Position numbers and translations under genes: made by a program. From the NCBI GenBank assembly GCA_024641635.1, contig JAHECS010000001.1:25781-89780 (forward strand): DNA of 64,000 nucleotides, given 5' to 3'. Position 1 is the first letter of the stretch, and each line of letters starts with the position of its first letter. This stretch comes from Actinomycetes bacterium. GTDB lineage: Bacteria; Actinomycetota; Actinomycetes; S36-B12. The notes under the pieces are model-generated. The model was not told the DNA's origin and did not search any database. It saw only the letters and a list, made by a program, of their open reading frames with translations. Below are positions 32,281-41,086 of this stretch, piece by piece.

Positions 32281-33069
32281 GTGGACTCGACGGACTTCTC
32301 CGACCTCGGGCGGATCCTTGTGATCATCCCGACGTTCAACGAGCTCAGCACCCTGCCCGTCATCGTCAGGCGGGTGCGGACGTCCGTACCCGCGGCACAC
32401 ATCCTCATCGCGGACGACAACTCGCCCGACGGCACCGGCCGACTCGCGGACGAACTCGCCGCGGACGACGGCAACGTCCACGTCATGCACCGGCTCGGCA
32501 AGGAGGGGCTGGGCGCGGCCTACCTCGCGGGCTTCGCGTGGGCGCTCCAGGCGGGCTACGACGTCGTCGTCGAGATGGACGCGGACGGCTCCCACCAACC
32601 CGAGCAGCTGCCCCGTCTCCTCGACGCGCTCAGAGGCGCCGACCTCGTCCTCGGCTCGCGCTGGGTGCCCGGCGGACGGACGGAGAACTGGCCGAAGAGC
32701 CGTCAGCTCATCTCGCGGGGCGGCACGGCGTACACGCGGGTGATGCTCGGCGTGCCCATCCACGACGCCACAGGCGGCTACCGGGCCTTCCGCGCCCAGA
32801 CACTGCGGAAGCTGGACCTGCACGAGGTGGCGTCGCAGGGCTACTGCTTCCAGATCGACCTCGCCTGGCGCGCGGTCCAGCGCGGGATGAGGGTCGTCGA
32901 GGTTCCGATCACCTTCGTCGAGCGCACCTCCGGAACGAGCAAGATGAGCCGAAGGATCGTCGCCGAGGCGCTCTGGCGGGTCACGGTGTGGGGTGTCGAC
33001 GACAAGGTCACCCGGGTGCGTCGCCGCGCGTCGGCCAGACGGTCCTCATCGCACGGCGGTGGCGCATGA
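32281..33069 (+). CDS. ppm1: polyprenol-phosphate mannose synthase (GT2)
   Basis: GT2 motifs ([29 protein letters not shown]). The gene directly follows lnt, the arrangement described for mycobacteria and corynebacteria. Confidence 0.85.
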   Translation: MDSTDFSDLGRILVIIPTFNELSTLPVIVRRVRTSVPAAHILIADDNSPDGTGRLADELAADDGNVHVMHRLGKEGLGAAYLAGFAWALQAGYDVVVEMDADGSHQPEQLPRLLDALRGADLVLGSRWVPGGRTENWPKSRQLISRGGTAYTRVMLGVPIHDATGGYRAFRAQTLRKLDLHEVASQGYCFQIDLAWRAVQRGMRVVEVPITFVERTSGTSKMSRRIVAEALWRVTVWGVDDKVTRVRRRASARRSSSHGGGA

Positions 33070-33536
33070 CCTTCCGAAGTCGGCTGCTGGTGTTCGGTTA
33101 CCCCCTGCTGGAAGTGGCGACCGCCTACCTCGTCGCCCTGTGGCTGGGGTGGGGCTGGATGCTCCTGCTCATCCTCCTGGGATTCCCGGTCGGCTTCGCC
33201 CTCATGCGTCGGGCGAGCGTCGCAGCCATGGCCGATATCGAGAGCGCCGCAGCCACCGGTCGGGAGCCGGATGCCAGCCGGCACGCCCTGGCCTTCCTCG
33301 GGGGATTGCTCTTCCTCATCCCGGGCTTCTGGACGGATCTCGCCGGACTGCTGCTGGTCGTGCCCCTCACCCAGCGGCTGTTCCGGCGATGGGCCGGCAC
33401 GTGGACGTCATCGCGCCTCACGACCATCAGGATGCCGGGCGTGCACTACCCGTCAGGAGACGTCATCCAAGGCACCGTCATCCACGACGACAGTCCGCCC
33501 AGCCCGCCCACCGTCAGGGGCGAACTCGGCGACTGA
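33066..33536 (+). CDS. fxsA: FxsA-family membrane protein
   Basis: [22 protein letters not shown]... and [23 protein letters not shown] signature. ATGA overlap with ppm1. Confidence 0.8.
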   Translation: MTFRSRLLVFGYPLLEVATAYLVALWLGWGWMLLLILLGFPVGFALMRRASVAAMADIESAAATGREPDASRHALAFLGGLLFLIPGFWTDLAGLLLVVPLTQRLFRRWAGTWTSSRLTTIRMPGVHYPSGDVIQGTVIHDDSPPSPPTVRGELGD

Positions 33537-33542
33537 GGGCCC

Positions 33543-33905
33543 TTACGCGGACTTGCGCAGGGGAGTGCGCCGCTCGCCTCGCTGGGCATGCAGGAGCGCG
33601 AGGCGCTCGTCGAGGAGGACCTCGAGATCGGCGATGGTACGTCGTTCGAGGAGCATGTCCCAGTGGGTGCGCTGGTGCTTCTCCGGCTTCGACTCCGGCT
33701 TGTCCACGTCGGGCCGAACGGCGATCCGGCCACAACGGCAGGTCCACTCGTAGGGGATCTCCTCGGCCTCGACCGAGAACGGGACGACGGTTCGGTGCTC
33801 TTCAGGGCACACGTACGTGATGCCAAGCCGCTCGGCCGGCTGCACGTGCGCGTCGGTCTCGTAGCTCAGGGCGCCCAGGCGGGTGCCACGCATCGATTCG
33901 CTCAT
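33543..33905 (-). CDS. rbpA: RNA polymerase-binding protein RbpA
   Basis: 120 aa with ...ITYVCPEEHRTVVPFSVEAEEIPYEWTCRCG... and C-terminal HWDMLLERRTIADLEVLLDERL (sigma-interaction helix). Confidence 0.9.
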   Translation of the reverse strand: MSESMRGTRLGALSYETDAHVQPAERLGITYVCPEEHRTVVPFSVEAEEIPYEWTCRCGRIAVRPDVDKPESKPEKHQRTHWDMLLERRTIADLEVLLDERLALLHAQRGERRTPLRKSA

Positions 33906-34043
33906 GGTGTGTCCCTTCGACTGCCTCTAGGAGATGACACATATGACGACGGTGGTATTCCCCGGGTTCCTCGTTCCCTGCCGATCCAACGTAAGGATCA
34001 GGTAAGGGCGCCCTCGCCACGTGGGGGGCGCCGCTCGCGGCGT

Positions 34044-34069
34044 CCGATATCCGCTCGTCCGGATATCGG
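34044..34069. repeat. 10-bp perfect inverted repeat CCGATATCCG-ctcgtc-CGGATATCGG in the rbpA/CAP divergent intergenic region
   Basis: Read directly from the sequence. Lies 70 nt upstream of the CAP-domain gene start. Confidence 0.7.
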
Positions 34070-34138
34070 GTGGTCAAATTCGGGCAAGGACCGATCCATC
34101 GGTTGGCGCTGGCCGCGGGGGACGGGGACACTGTTTGC

Positions 34139-34684
34139 GTGAGACGCCGCATCAGCTTCGCGGCCGTCGTCGTGAGCGCGTTGCTCGTGGCGGGGGTCGT
34201 TCCTGCGCATGCGGCGGCACCTGCGTTCGACGGCGCGGCGACACCGGCGTCCGTCACGTCGACCGCGCCGGCGTGGCCCACGTCCGGCTGGCGCGCGCGG
34301 ATGCTCGAGAAGATCAACTGGATTCGCGCCCAGGCCGGCGTTGCTCCCGTCCGGTTGTGCGCGACCCTGAACCATTCTGCGAGCGACTACGCCGCGCTCA
34401 TGGCGCGCACGAACACGTTCGGACATGTGGCCTCCGACGGCTCCGGCCCAGCGGAGCGGATCCATGCCGCGGGATACCGCTTCCAGGTCGCGGGGGAGAA
34501 TCTCGGCGCCGGGCAGCGGACCGTCGTCGAGGTCATGCGGGCCCTTCGCGAGTCTCCGTCGCACTACGCGACGATGACCGACCCGCGACTGCAGCATGTC
34601 GGCTTCGGCTACGCCCCTGGCGGCTCGTCGACCTACCAGGCCTACTGGGTGCAGCACTTCGGCGTTGGGGGCCGCTGCACCTGA
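34139..34684 (+). CDS. secreted CAP/SCP-domain protein
   Basis: Signal peptide (VRRRISFAAVVVSALLVAGVVPAHAAAP) followed by a CAP domain (INWIRAQAG..., GENLGAG..., HYATMTDPRLQHVGFGY). GTG at 34139 chosen. Confidence 0.75.
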   Translation: MRRRISFAAVVVSALLVAGVVPAHAAAPAFDGAATPASVTSTAPAWPTSGWRARMLEKINWIRAQAGVAPVRLCATLNHSASDYAALMARTNTFGHVASDGSGPAERIHAAGYRFQVAGENLGAGQRTVVEVMRALRESPSHYATMTDPRLQHVGFGYAPGGSSTYQAYWVQHFGVGGRCT

Positions 34685-34688
34685 CGCG

Positions 34689-36125
<1,437 letters not shown>

Positions 36126-36220
36126 CTAGGCCCCTCGCCCTGCCAGCCCTCCGGTGAGGGTGCCCCAGGCGCAGTGACTCCCCCCAGCGCCCCGACGCCG
36201 AACCGATCTACGCTCGACCC

Positions 36221-36898
36221 GTGGCTCGTGTCCCGACCCGTCTGGACCGCTGGGAGGCGGGCGCCCGCGGCCGGGTGCCCGGACCGGTCGTCTTCCTGCT
36301 GTTCGGGGAGCTCAGGCTCCTCGAGGCTCTCTGGCAGCGCGCCACCGGGCGATGGGACGTGCGTTCGGGAGAGTCCGCCATCGGCTACGCCCACGGCCGG
36401 CTGGCGGCCGAGCTCGTCTTCGCCAGCGTGGCGGTGATCGAACTGCTCGCCGTGGACATCTTCGTGCCCTGGGACAGGCTCGGGGGTGCCTCGTGGATCC
36501 GGTTCGCCGTCCTCATCGCCTCCCTGTACGGCGTGCTGTGGATCGCTCTCTGGATGACGGCCGAGCGCACCCGGCCGCACCTACTCACTGACGACGCGCT
36601 CGTGCTCCGCTGGGGCCACCTGGTGATCGCGGAGGTGCCATGGCTCCTCATCGACAGTGTCCGCGTGCATGCTCGCTACACCGATGACAAGGAGCGGTTG
36701 ACGCATGATGTGCCGCTGCAGGGGACGAACCTCGACATCGAGCTGCGCGAGCCGTTCGCGGCAGCGATGCCCTTCCGCCGTCCACGGACGGTGACGGGGA
36801 TCAGCCTCGGCGTCGATGCGCCGGAGGCGGCACGGGACCTCATCGAGGCGAGGATCGTTCCCGGGAGGCCAGCGGCCCCGCCAGCCCCACCCGAGTAA
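36221..36898 (+). CDS. hypothetical membrane protein
   Basis: Two central hydrophobic segments (LVFASVAVIELLAVDIFV, FAVLIASLYGVLWIALWM) followed by a soluble C-terminal domain. Genome-typical codon bias. The start is uncertain. Confidence 0.55.
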   Translation: MARVPTRLDRWEAGARGRVPGPVVFLLFGELRLLEALWQRATGRWDVRSGESAIGYAHGRLAAELVFASVAVIELLAVDIFVPWDRLGGASWIRFAVLIASLYGVLWIALWMTAERTRPHLLTDDALVLRWGHLVIAEVPWLLIDSVRVHARYTDDKERLTHDVPLQGTNLDIELREPFAAAMPFRRPRTVTGISLGVDAPEAARDLIEARIVPGRPAAPPAPPE

Positions 36899-36903
36899 TG
36901 CCG

Positions 36904-36917
36904 ATAATGTGCATTAT
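36904..36917. promoter_or_regulatory. AT-rich palindrome ATAATG-tg-CATTAT (arms resemble Fur-box arms)
   Basis: Perfect 6+6 inverted repeat, 6 nt after the TAA of the upstream gene, within a genome that is otherwise very GC-rich. Confidence 0.4.
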
Positions 36918-37158
36918 GACATTTCACCAAAGGGGGACGTTCGCGGAGCGTGACCGCTTCCCCTCCCCGGACGGCATCGAGATCCCACTCCCGTGCCGGG
37001 AATGTGGCGGCCCTGGGACGTGACGCAGCCGGGTGAGCTGACGGGCATCGACGTTGGCGTCCGCTCCCGTACGTCGCCAGGAGCCGGCTGCGTATCCCTC
37101 GCCGGCACGGTGCGGGACACGCCCCTGCCGCACCCACCCGACTCCCCCATGCGCCCAG

Positions 37159-37181
37159 CGGTCATCCGGGCAGGATGACCG
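37159..37181. repeat. 9-bp perfect inverted repeat CGGTCATCC-gggca-GGATGACCG
   Basis: Read directly from the sequence. The arms contain the GGTCA/TGACC motif that recurs downstream. Confidence 0.7.
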
Positions 37182-37358
37182 GTCGTCCGCTGCTATACCG
37201 GTCATGTGCTTGCATCTGCAAACGGTCATCGGTCAATTTCTGGACAGGTGTTCGAATCTATCGAACGTCTGTGCGAACATTGGTCAGACGGACTGGTCAT
37301 TTGACCTGACCGAGCATTTGACTGGTCATGCGGATGAGCACGATGGTCAGACCGGTCA
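37160..37358. repeat. cluster of 9 direct GGTCA and 3 inverted TGACC pentamers in ~200 bp of ~50% GC non-coding DNA
   Basis: GGTCA at 37160, 37200, 37224, 37231, 37282, 37295, 37324, 37345 and 37354. TGACC at 37176, 37302 and 37307. GACCGGTC palindromes at 37177 and 37350. CATTTGAC occurs twice (37298, 37315). Confidence 0.75.
37261..37276. promoter_or_regulatory. LexA/SOS-box-like site TCGAAC-gtct-GTGCGA
   Basis: 11 of 12 specified positions match the actinobacterial SOS box TCGAAC-N4-GTTCGA. An additional GTTCGA half-site lies at 37250-37255. Confidence 0.4.
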
Positions 37359-37395
37359 AGTCATCAAGGGCGTGGGTGCTGGTCCGAGCGGTGAT

Positions 37396-37424
37396 GCGGC
37401 ACGGCTAGGGTGCACGCGTGCCGC
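37396..37424 (+). promoter_or_regulatory. 8-bp GC-rich hairpin (GCGGCACG-13 nt-CGTGCCGC) enclosing the SD-like AGGG and the GTG start of the downstream gene
   Basis: Perfect complementarity read from the sequence. The right arm includes the start codon at 37418-37420. Confidence 0.5.
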
Positions 37425-38176
37425 TAGACGATCTGGGCTTCGATGTCGGCGTTCGGCGCCCTGTCGACCGAGTCGTCAGCCTGGTGCCCTCGTTGACCGA
37501 GGCCGTCGCGCTGGCTCGGCCCGAGGCCCTCGTGGGCGCGACGGATTGGTGCTCCCATCCACCCGGGCTCTCGGCGGTGCGCGTGCGGGGCACGAAGAAC
37601 CCCGACCTGAAGGCGATCACGGCGCTTCGTCCGGATCTCGTCATCGCCAACATGGAGGAGAACCGCGAGCTCGACGTCACCCGGCTGCGCGAGGCGGGCA
37701 TCGACGTGTGGGTGACGCGGATCGAGACGTTCGACGAGTCGCTCAGCTCGATCGAGCGGCTCTTCCGTGAGGCATTGGGGTGGTCGGAACCACCGTGGCT
37801 CGACGAGGCGCGGCGGCTGTGGGCCAGTCCCGCAGACGTGGGCGGACCCAGGGTTGCCGTCGCCGTGTGGCGAGACCCGTGGATGGTCGTGGGGCGGGAC
37901 ACGTTCGCCGGCGACCTGCTCCGCAGGCTCGGATGCGAGAACGCGTTCGCGGACGCGGACGATCGCTACCCCACTGTCCGACCCGATGAGCTCGACCGGA
38001 TGGGCCTGGACATCCTCCTGCTCCCGGACGAGCCCTACCCCTTCACCCCGCTGGACGGACCCGAGGCGTTCGAGCACACGCCCACCGTCCTCGTCAGTGG
38101 TCGCCTGCTGACCTGGTACGGACCGTCACTGGTACCGGCCCGGAGGTCGCTCGAGGAGCGCATCCGGTCCCGGTGA
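37418..38176 (+). CDS. BtuF/TroA-like (cobalamin/siderophore-type, class III) solute-binding protein without an obvious signal peptide
   Basis: VVSLVPSLTEAVALA..., GTKNPDLKAITALRPDLVIANMEENRE... and DILLLPDEPYPF are typical of cobalamin-binding-protein/helical-backbone metal receptor families. The N-terminus is not hydrophobic. Confidence 0.7.
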   Translation: MPLDDLGFDVGVRRPVDRVVSLVPSLTEAVALARPEALVGATDWCSHPPGLSAVRVRGTKNPDLKAITALRPDLVIANMEENRELDVTRLREAGIDVWVTRIETFDESLSSIERLFREALGWSEPPWLDEARRLWASPADVGGPRVAVAVWRDPWMVVGRDTFAGDLLRRLGCENAFADADDRYPTVRPDELDRMGLDILLLPDEPYPFTPLDGPEAFEHTPTVLVSGRLLTWYGPSLVPARRSLEERIRSR

Positions 38177-38372
38177 CGGAACCGCAGCCGGAACAGCCCC
38201 CATCGGGGCACGAGGTCCGCAGGCTTGGCGCGGCGATCCGCCCGATCCGCAGCAGGTGGTCGACGGCAGCGTCGACGAGATCCGGGTCCAGGCCGGTGCG
38301 TCGGGCCACCTCCCCGCGCGTCGAGGCACCCGATTCGACCGCCGTCAGCACTCGGGTGAGCGGCGCGCTCAC
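38094..38372 (-). CDS. feoC: FeoC-like winged-helix protein
   Basis: APLTRVLTAVESGASTRGEVARRTGLDPDLVDAAVDHLLRIGRI plus a Cys-rich tail CPDGGCSGCG. The GTG at 38372 overlaps the feoB stop (GTGA). Confidence 0.6.
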   Translation of the reverse strand: MSAPLTRVLTAVESGASTRGEVARRTGLDPDLVDAAVDHLLRIGRIAAPSLRTSCPDGGCSGCGSVTGTGCAPRATSGPVPVTVRTRSAGDH

Positions 38373-40300
38373 AGCCGTGAGCCGATCTGGAAGACGCTGA
38401 CGGCGACCACCCAGGCCACCGACAGCTGCATGGCCACTCCGAAGACGGTCCACCGCATCCCGATCTCGCGTCGCTGGGCGGCCAGCGTCGCCACGCACGG
38501 GGTGTAGGCGAGCAGGAACAGCAGGAAGGCCCAGACGGCCGCCGTCGTGTGCCCGCCCGAGCTCGCTTCGAAGTCCGCCTTGACGTAGTCGCCGAGCGTG
38601 CCCGGCTGCTCCGATGTGGCCGGCTCCTCAGCCGAGTAGGTCTGTGCCCACGAGGAGATGACCGCCTCCTTCGCGACGAACCCGACGATGAGCGCGCTCG
38701 TCGTCTCCCACGTCCCGAATCCGGCGGGCGTGAAGACGGGCGTGATCGCCTGGGCGGTGCGCGCGTAGACACTGTCCTGGACGGGCACGTCACCGAACGC
38801 GTATCCGGGAGTGGCGGGGATGGCCTGCAGGAACCACACGGCCATGACGGTGGCCACGATGATGCCGCTCGCCGTGCGGAGGAAGCCGTTCAGCCGCAGC
38901 CAGGCCACCGAGGCGGTGAGCCGGACCGTGGGGCGCTGGTACGGCGGCAGGTCGATCACCAGCGGCTCGGAGCCCATGGTCCGCCACAGGGTCGTGCGCA
39001 GGGCCAGTCCGACGACGACCACGAACACGATGCTGAGGACGTACATGATGAAGACGACGGTGCCAGCGCTGTCCGGGAAGAAGATCGACGCGACAAGGAC
39101 GTACACGGTGAGGCGTGCGCTGCACGAGGTGAACGGGACAAGCAGCGCGGTGAGGACCCGGCTGCGCGCGTTCGGAAGGATGCGCGTCGCCGAGATTGCG
39201 GGCACGTTGCAGCCGAAGCCGACGATGAGCGGGAGGAAGGCCCTGCCGGGGAGCCCGATGGCGCGCATGAGGCGGTCGGCGACGACGGCCGCGCGTGCCA
39301 TGTAGCCGCTGTCCTCCAGCAGGGCGAGCAGCGCGAACATGATGGCCATCAGGGGCACGAAGGTCAGCAGCATCCCGACGCCGGCGATGAGGCCATCCAC
39401 GACGAGTCCCTGCACCCAGGTGTCCCCAAGACCCACCGCGCCGAGGATTGCGACTGCCGTCGAGGTGACCGGACCGCTGAAGAACCAGTCGAGTGCGTCC
39501 ATGAGCGGGGCCGCCACCGTCGTGGTGAGCACGAAGACCAGCCACATGAACGCCAGGAAGAGCACGGGTCCGAGCACGGGTGACAGGGCGACCCGATCGA
39601 AGCGGTCGGACCAGCGCACCCGGCCCTCAGCGAACCGCTGCACGCAGGCGTCCACCGCCCCGTCGATCCAGTCGAACCGCTCGTCGGCGGCGGCGAGCTC
39701 GTCCGGCCCGGACGGCGCTGGCATCGGAGCGGGCGGAGGAGACTGCATGACCGCGTCGACGGCAGCGAGGAAGTCTCCCCGGCCCTGCCGGTGGCGCGGA
39801 TCGATGAGGACGGCGGGGGCGCCGATGACACGCGACAGGGCTTCGGTGTCCACCGCCAGGCCCTGGCGTTCGGCCAGGTCCCCCATGGTGAGGGCAAGCA
39901 CCAGCCGCTGATCCGTCTCACGCAGCTGCCGGACGAGGTACAGCGACCGAGACAGCCGTCCCGCATCCCCCACGACGACGACGACCTCGGGGCGCTCGCC
40001 CGCCGGGACCTCCACGAGCAGCGCGCGAGTCAGCGCCTCGTCCGGCGAGAGCGGATCCAGGCTGTAGGCGCCGGGCAGGTCGATCACGTCGAAGCGGTGG
40101 ACGCCGTCGTCCAGCAGGCCGCGACCGACCTCGACCGTCGTGCCGGGCCAGTTGCCGACGTCGCGGCGTGCCCCGGTGAGCCGATTGAACAGGGTGGACT
40201 TCCCGACGTTCGGGGCGCCGGCCAGGGCCATGACGGGGGTGCCCAGGGGCGCGGCGACCCCACCGCCGTCACTGTGGCAGGAGGGGACGGAGGCGCTCAT
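38369..40300 (-). CDS. feoB: ferrous iron transporter FeoB
   Basis: N-terminal G-domain (GAPNVGKSTLFNRLTG, DLPGAYSL) and a large multi-TM permease domain; 643 aa. Confidence 0.95.
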   Translation of the reverse strand: MSASVPSCHSDGGGVAAPLGTPVMALAGAPNVGKSTLFNRLTGARRDVGNWPGTTVEVGRGLLDDGVHRFDVIDLPGAYSLDPLSPDEALTRALLVEVPAGERPEVVVVVGDAGRLSRSLYLVRQLRETDQRLVLALTMGDLAERQGLAVDTEALSRVIGAPAVLIDPRHRQGRGDFLAAVDAVMQSPPPAPMPAPSGPDELAAADERFDWIDGAVDACVQRFAEGRVRWSDRFDRVALSPVLGPVLFLAFMWLVFVLTTTVAAPLMDALDWFFSGPVTSTAVAILGAVGLGDTWVQGLVVDGLIAGVGMLLTFVPLMAIMFALLALLEDSGYMARAAVVADRLMRAIGLPGRAFLPLIVGFGCNVPAISATRILPNARSRVLTALLVPFTSCSARLTVYVLVASIFFPDSAGTVVFIMYVLSIVFVVVVGLALRTTLWRTMGSEPLVIDLPPYQRPTVRLTASVAWLRLNGFLRTASGIIVATVMAVWFLQAIPATPGYAFGDVPVQDSVYARTAQAITPVFTPAGFGTWETTSALIVGFVAKEAVISSWAQTYSAEEPATSEQPGTLGDYVKADFEASSGGHTTAAVWAFLLFLLAYTPCVATLAAQRREIGMRWTVFGVAMQLSVAWVVAVSVFQIGSRL

Positions 40301-40560
40301 ACCGCTCCCCCGGCGTCCGTATGGACGACCCGGAGCCGACCTGCGGTTCTCGCGTCCACCGCGATCCGGGAGCCATGCACCGAGACGACTCGCGCGCCGC
40401 CGACGCCACGCTGCGCCACCGTCACCGTCTCCCCCGGGCGCAGCCCCATCTCGGCGAGACGTGTCCTCTGGGGCCCCTCGACATCGGGTTCCGCGAGTAC
40501 CGCGGACTCCCCCACCCGCAGGTCGCGAACCGAGCGCACCTCGGTGTTCTGGCCCCTCAC
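40297..40560 (-). CDS. feoA: FeoA-family protein
   Basis: 87 aa SH3-like FeoA pattern (LRDLRVGESAVL..., LAEMGLRPGETVTV). ATGA overlap with feoB. Confidence 0.85.
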   Translation of the reverse strand: MRGQNTEVRSVRDLRVGESAVLAEPDVEGPQRTRLAEMGLRPGETVTVAQRGVGGARVVSVHGSRIAVDARTAGRLRVVHTDAGGAV

Positions 40561-40584
40561 GCGCGCGACGGTACCACAGCGTAG

Positions 40585-40598
40585 TTAGGTAACCCTAA
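40585..40598. promoter_or_regulatory. AT-rich inverted repeat TTAGG-taac-CCTAA in the feoA 5' region (candidate metalloregulator operator)
   Basis: Lies 25-38 nt upstream of the feoA GTG. The arms equal the outer arms of the IdeR/DtxR box, but the spacing is shorter. Confidence 0.35.
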
Positions 40599-40652
40599 GT
40601 ACGAAGGTCCCGACCCTCGAGCGAGGATCGGGACCATCGAACGGGCGGTCGG

Positions 40653-41039
40653 CTACGCGAGGGCCTTCGCCTTGAGCGCGTCGAACTCGGACTGGCTGAT
40701 GGCACCACTGTCGAGAAGCGCCTTGGCCGAGGAGATCTGGTCGGCGGGCGATGACCCTGAGCCGGCAACCTCCTTGATGTAGGCCTGCTGTGCCTGCTGC
40801 GCCTGCGCGTACTGGGCGTTGCGACGCTCCGCCATGCCCTTGCCGCGCGCGATGACGTAGACGAGGACGGCGATGTACGTGAAGAGGATGAGGCAGATGA
40901 TCCAGACCGCCTTGGGGAACCCACCCATGGTCTTGTCGCTGAACAGGTCCATCAGGATCATGAAGAACAGGAAGAAGTACATGATGATGAAGAAGATCCA
41001 GAGCATCTGGATGATGAACGTGCCGAAGTCTGCGGCCAT
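40653..41039 (-). CDS. small membrane protein with PLDc_N-type N-terminal TM domain and C-terminal SHOCT domain
   Basis: Two TM helices (IIQMLWIFFIIMYFFLFFMIL, AVWIICLILFTYIAVLVYVIARG) and a C-terminal LLDSGAISQSEFDALKAKAL (SHOCT). Confidence 0.75.
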   Translation of the reverse strand: MAADFGTFIIQMLWIFFIIMYFFLFFMILMDLFSDKTMGGFPKAVWIICLILFTYIAVLVYVIARGKGMAERRNAQYAQAQQAQQAYIKEVAGSGSSPADQISSAKALLDSGAISQSEFDALKAKALA

Positions 41040-41086
41040 GCCTGCTGTCTCCTATGAGAGTGCGCGCGCGGACCGTCCGCAAGCGC

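Noticed and set aside
37074-37090. B12-box-like string GCCAGGAGCCGGC upstream of the BtuF-like gene, a possible cobalamin riboswitch
   Set aside because: The other conserved cobalamin-riboswitch blocks (GGGAA..GGTG..AA..CC, CCCGC.ACTGT, GCCACTG) are not recognisable on either strand of 36930-37420. The box lacks one nucleotide relative to the consensus and lies about 330 nt from the start codon. cmsearch with RF00174 would settle it.
36960-37150. C-rich runs (CTTCCCCTCCCC, GCACCCACCCGACTCCCCC) reminiscent of the 6C sRNA
   Set aside because: I could not draw the two C-loop hairpins characteristic of 6C RNA. The only clear stem there is GGTGCGG/CCGCACC (37109-37134), and the genomic context differs from that described for 6C.
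37054-37770. 238-aa + strand ORF and minus-strand ORFs (36924-37229, 36676-37137, 36914-37165) crossing the low-GC island
   Set aside because: There are no family signatures. The + ORF runs out of frame into the well-supported BtuF-like gene. Third-position G/C bias in the island part is weak (about 60% by hand count in the frame checked), and the sequences are Arg/Gly-rich outside the island. A very short real peptide cannot be excluded.
40581-40602. Full-length IdeR/DtxR iron box at feoA
   Set aside because: Only about 11/19 identities in ungapped alignment in either orientation. It is kept only as a divergent candidate operator, not as an IdeR box.
40860-41040. Local AT-rich patch suggesting foreign DNA at the PLDc_N/SHOCT gene
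   Set aside because: The low G+C is driven by Phe/Ile/Met/Lys-rich TM helices. Third codon positions remain G/C-rich (ttc, atc, ctg), so codon usage is native.
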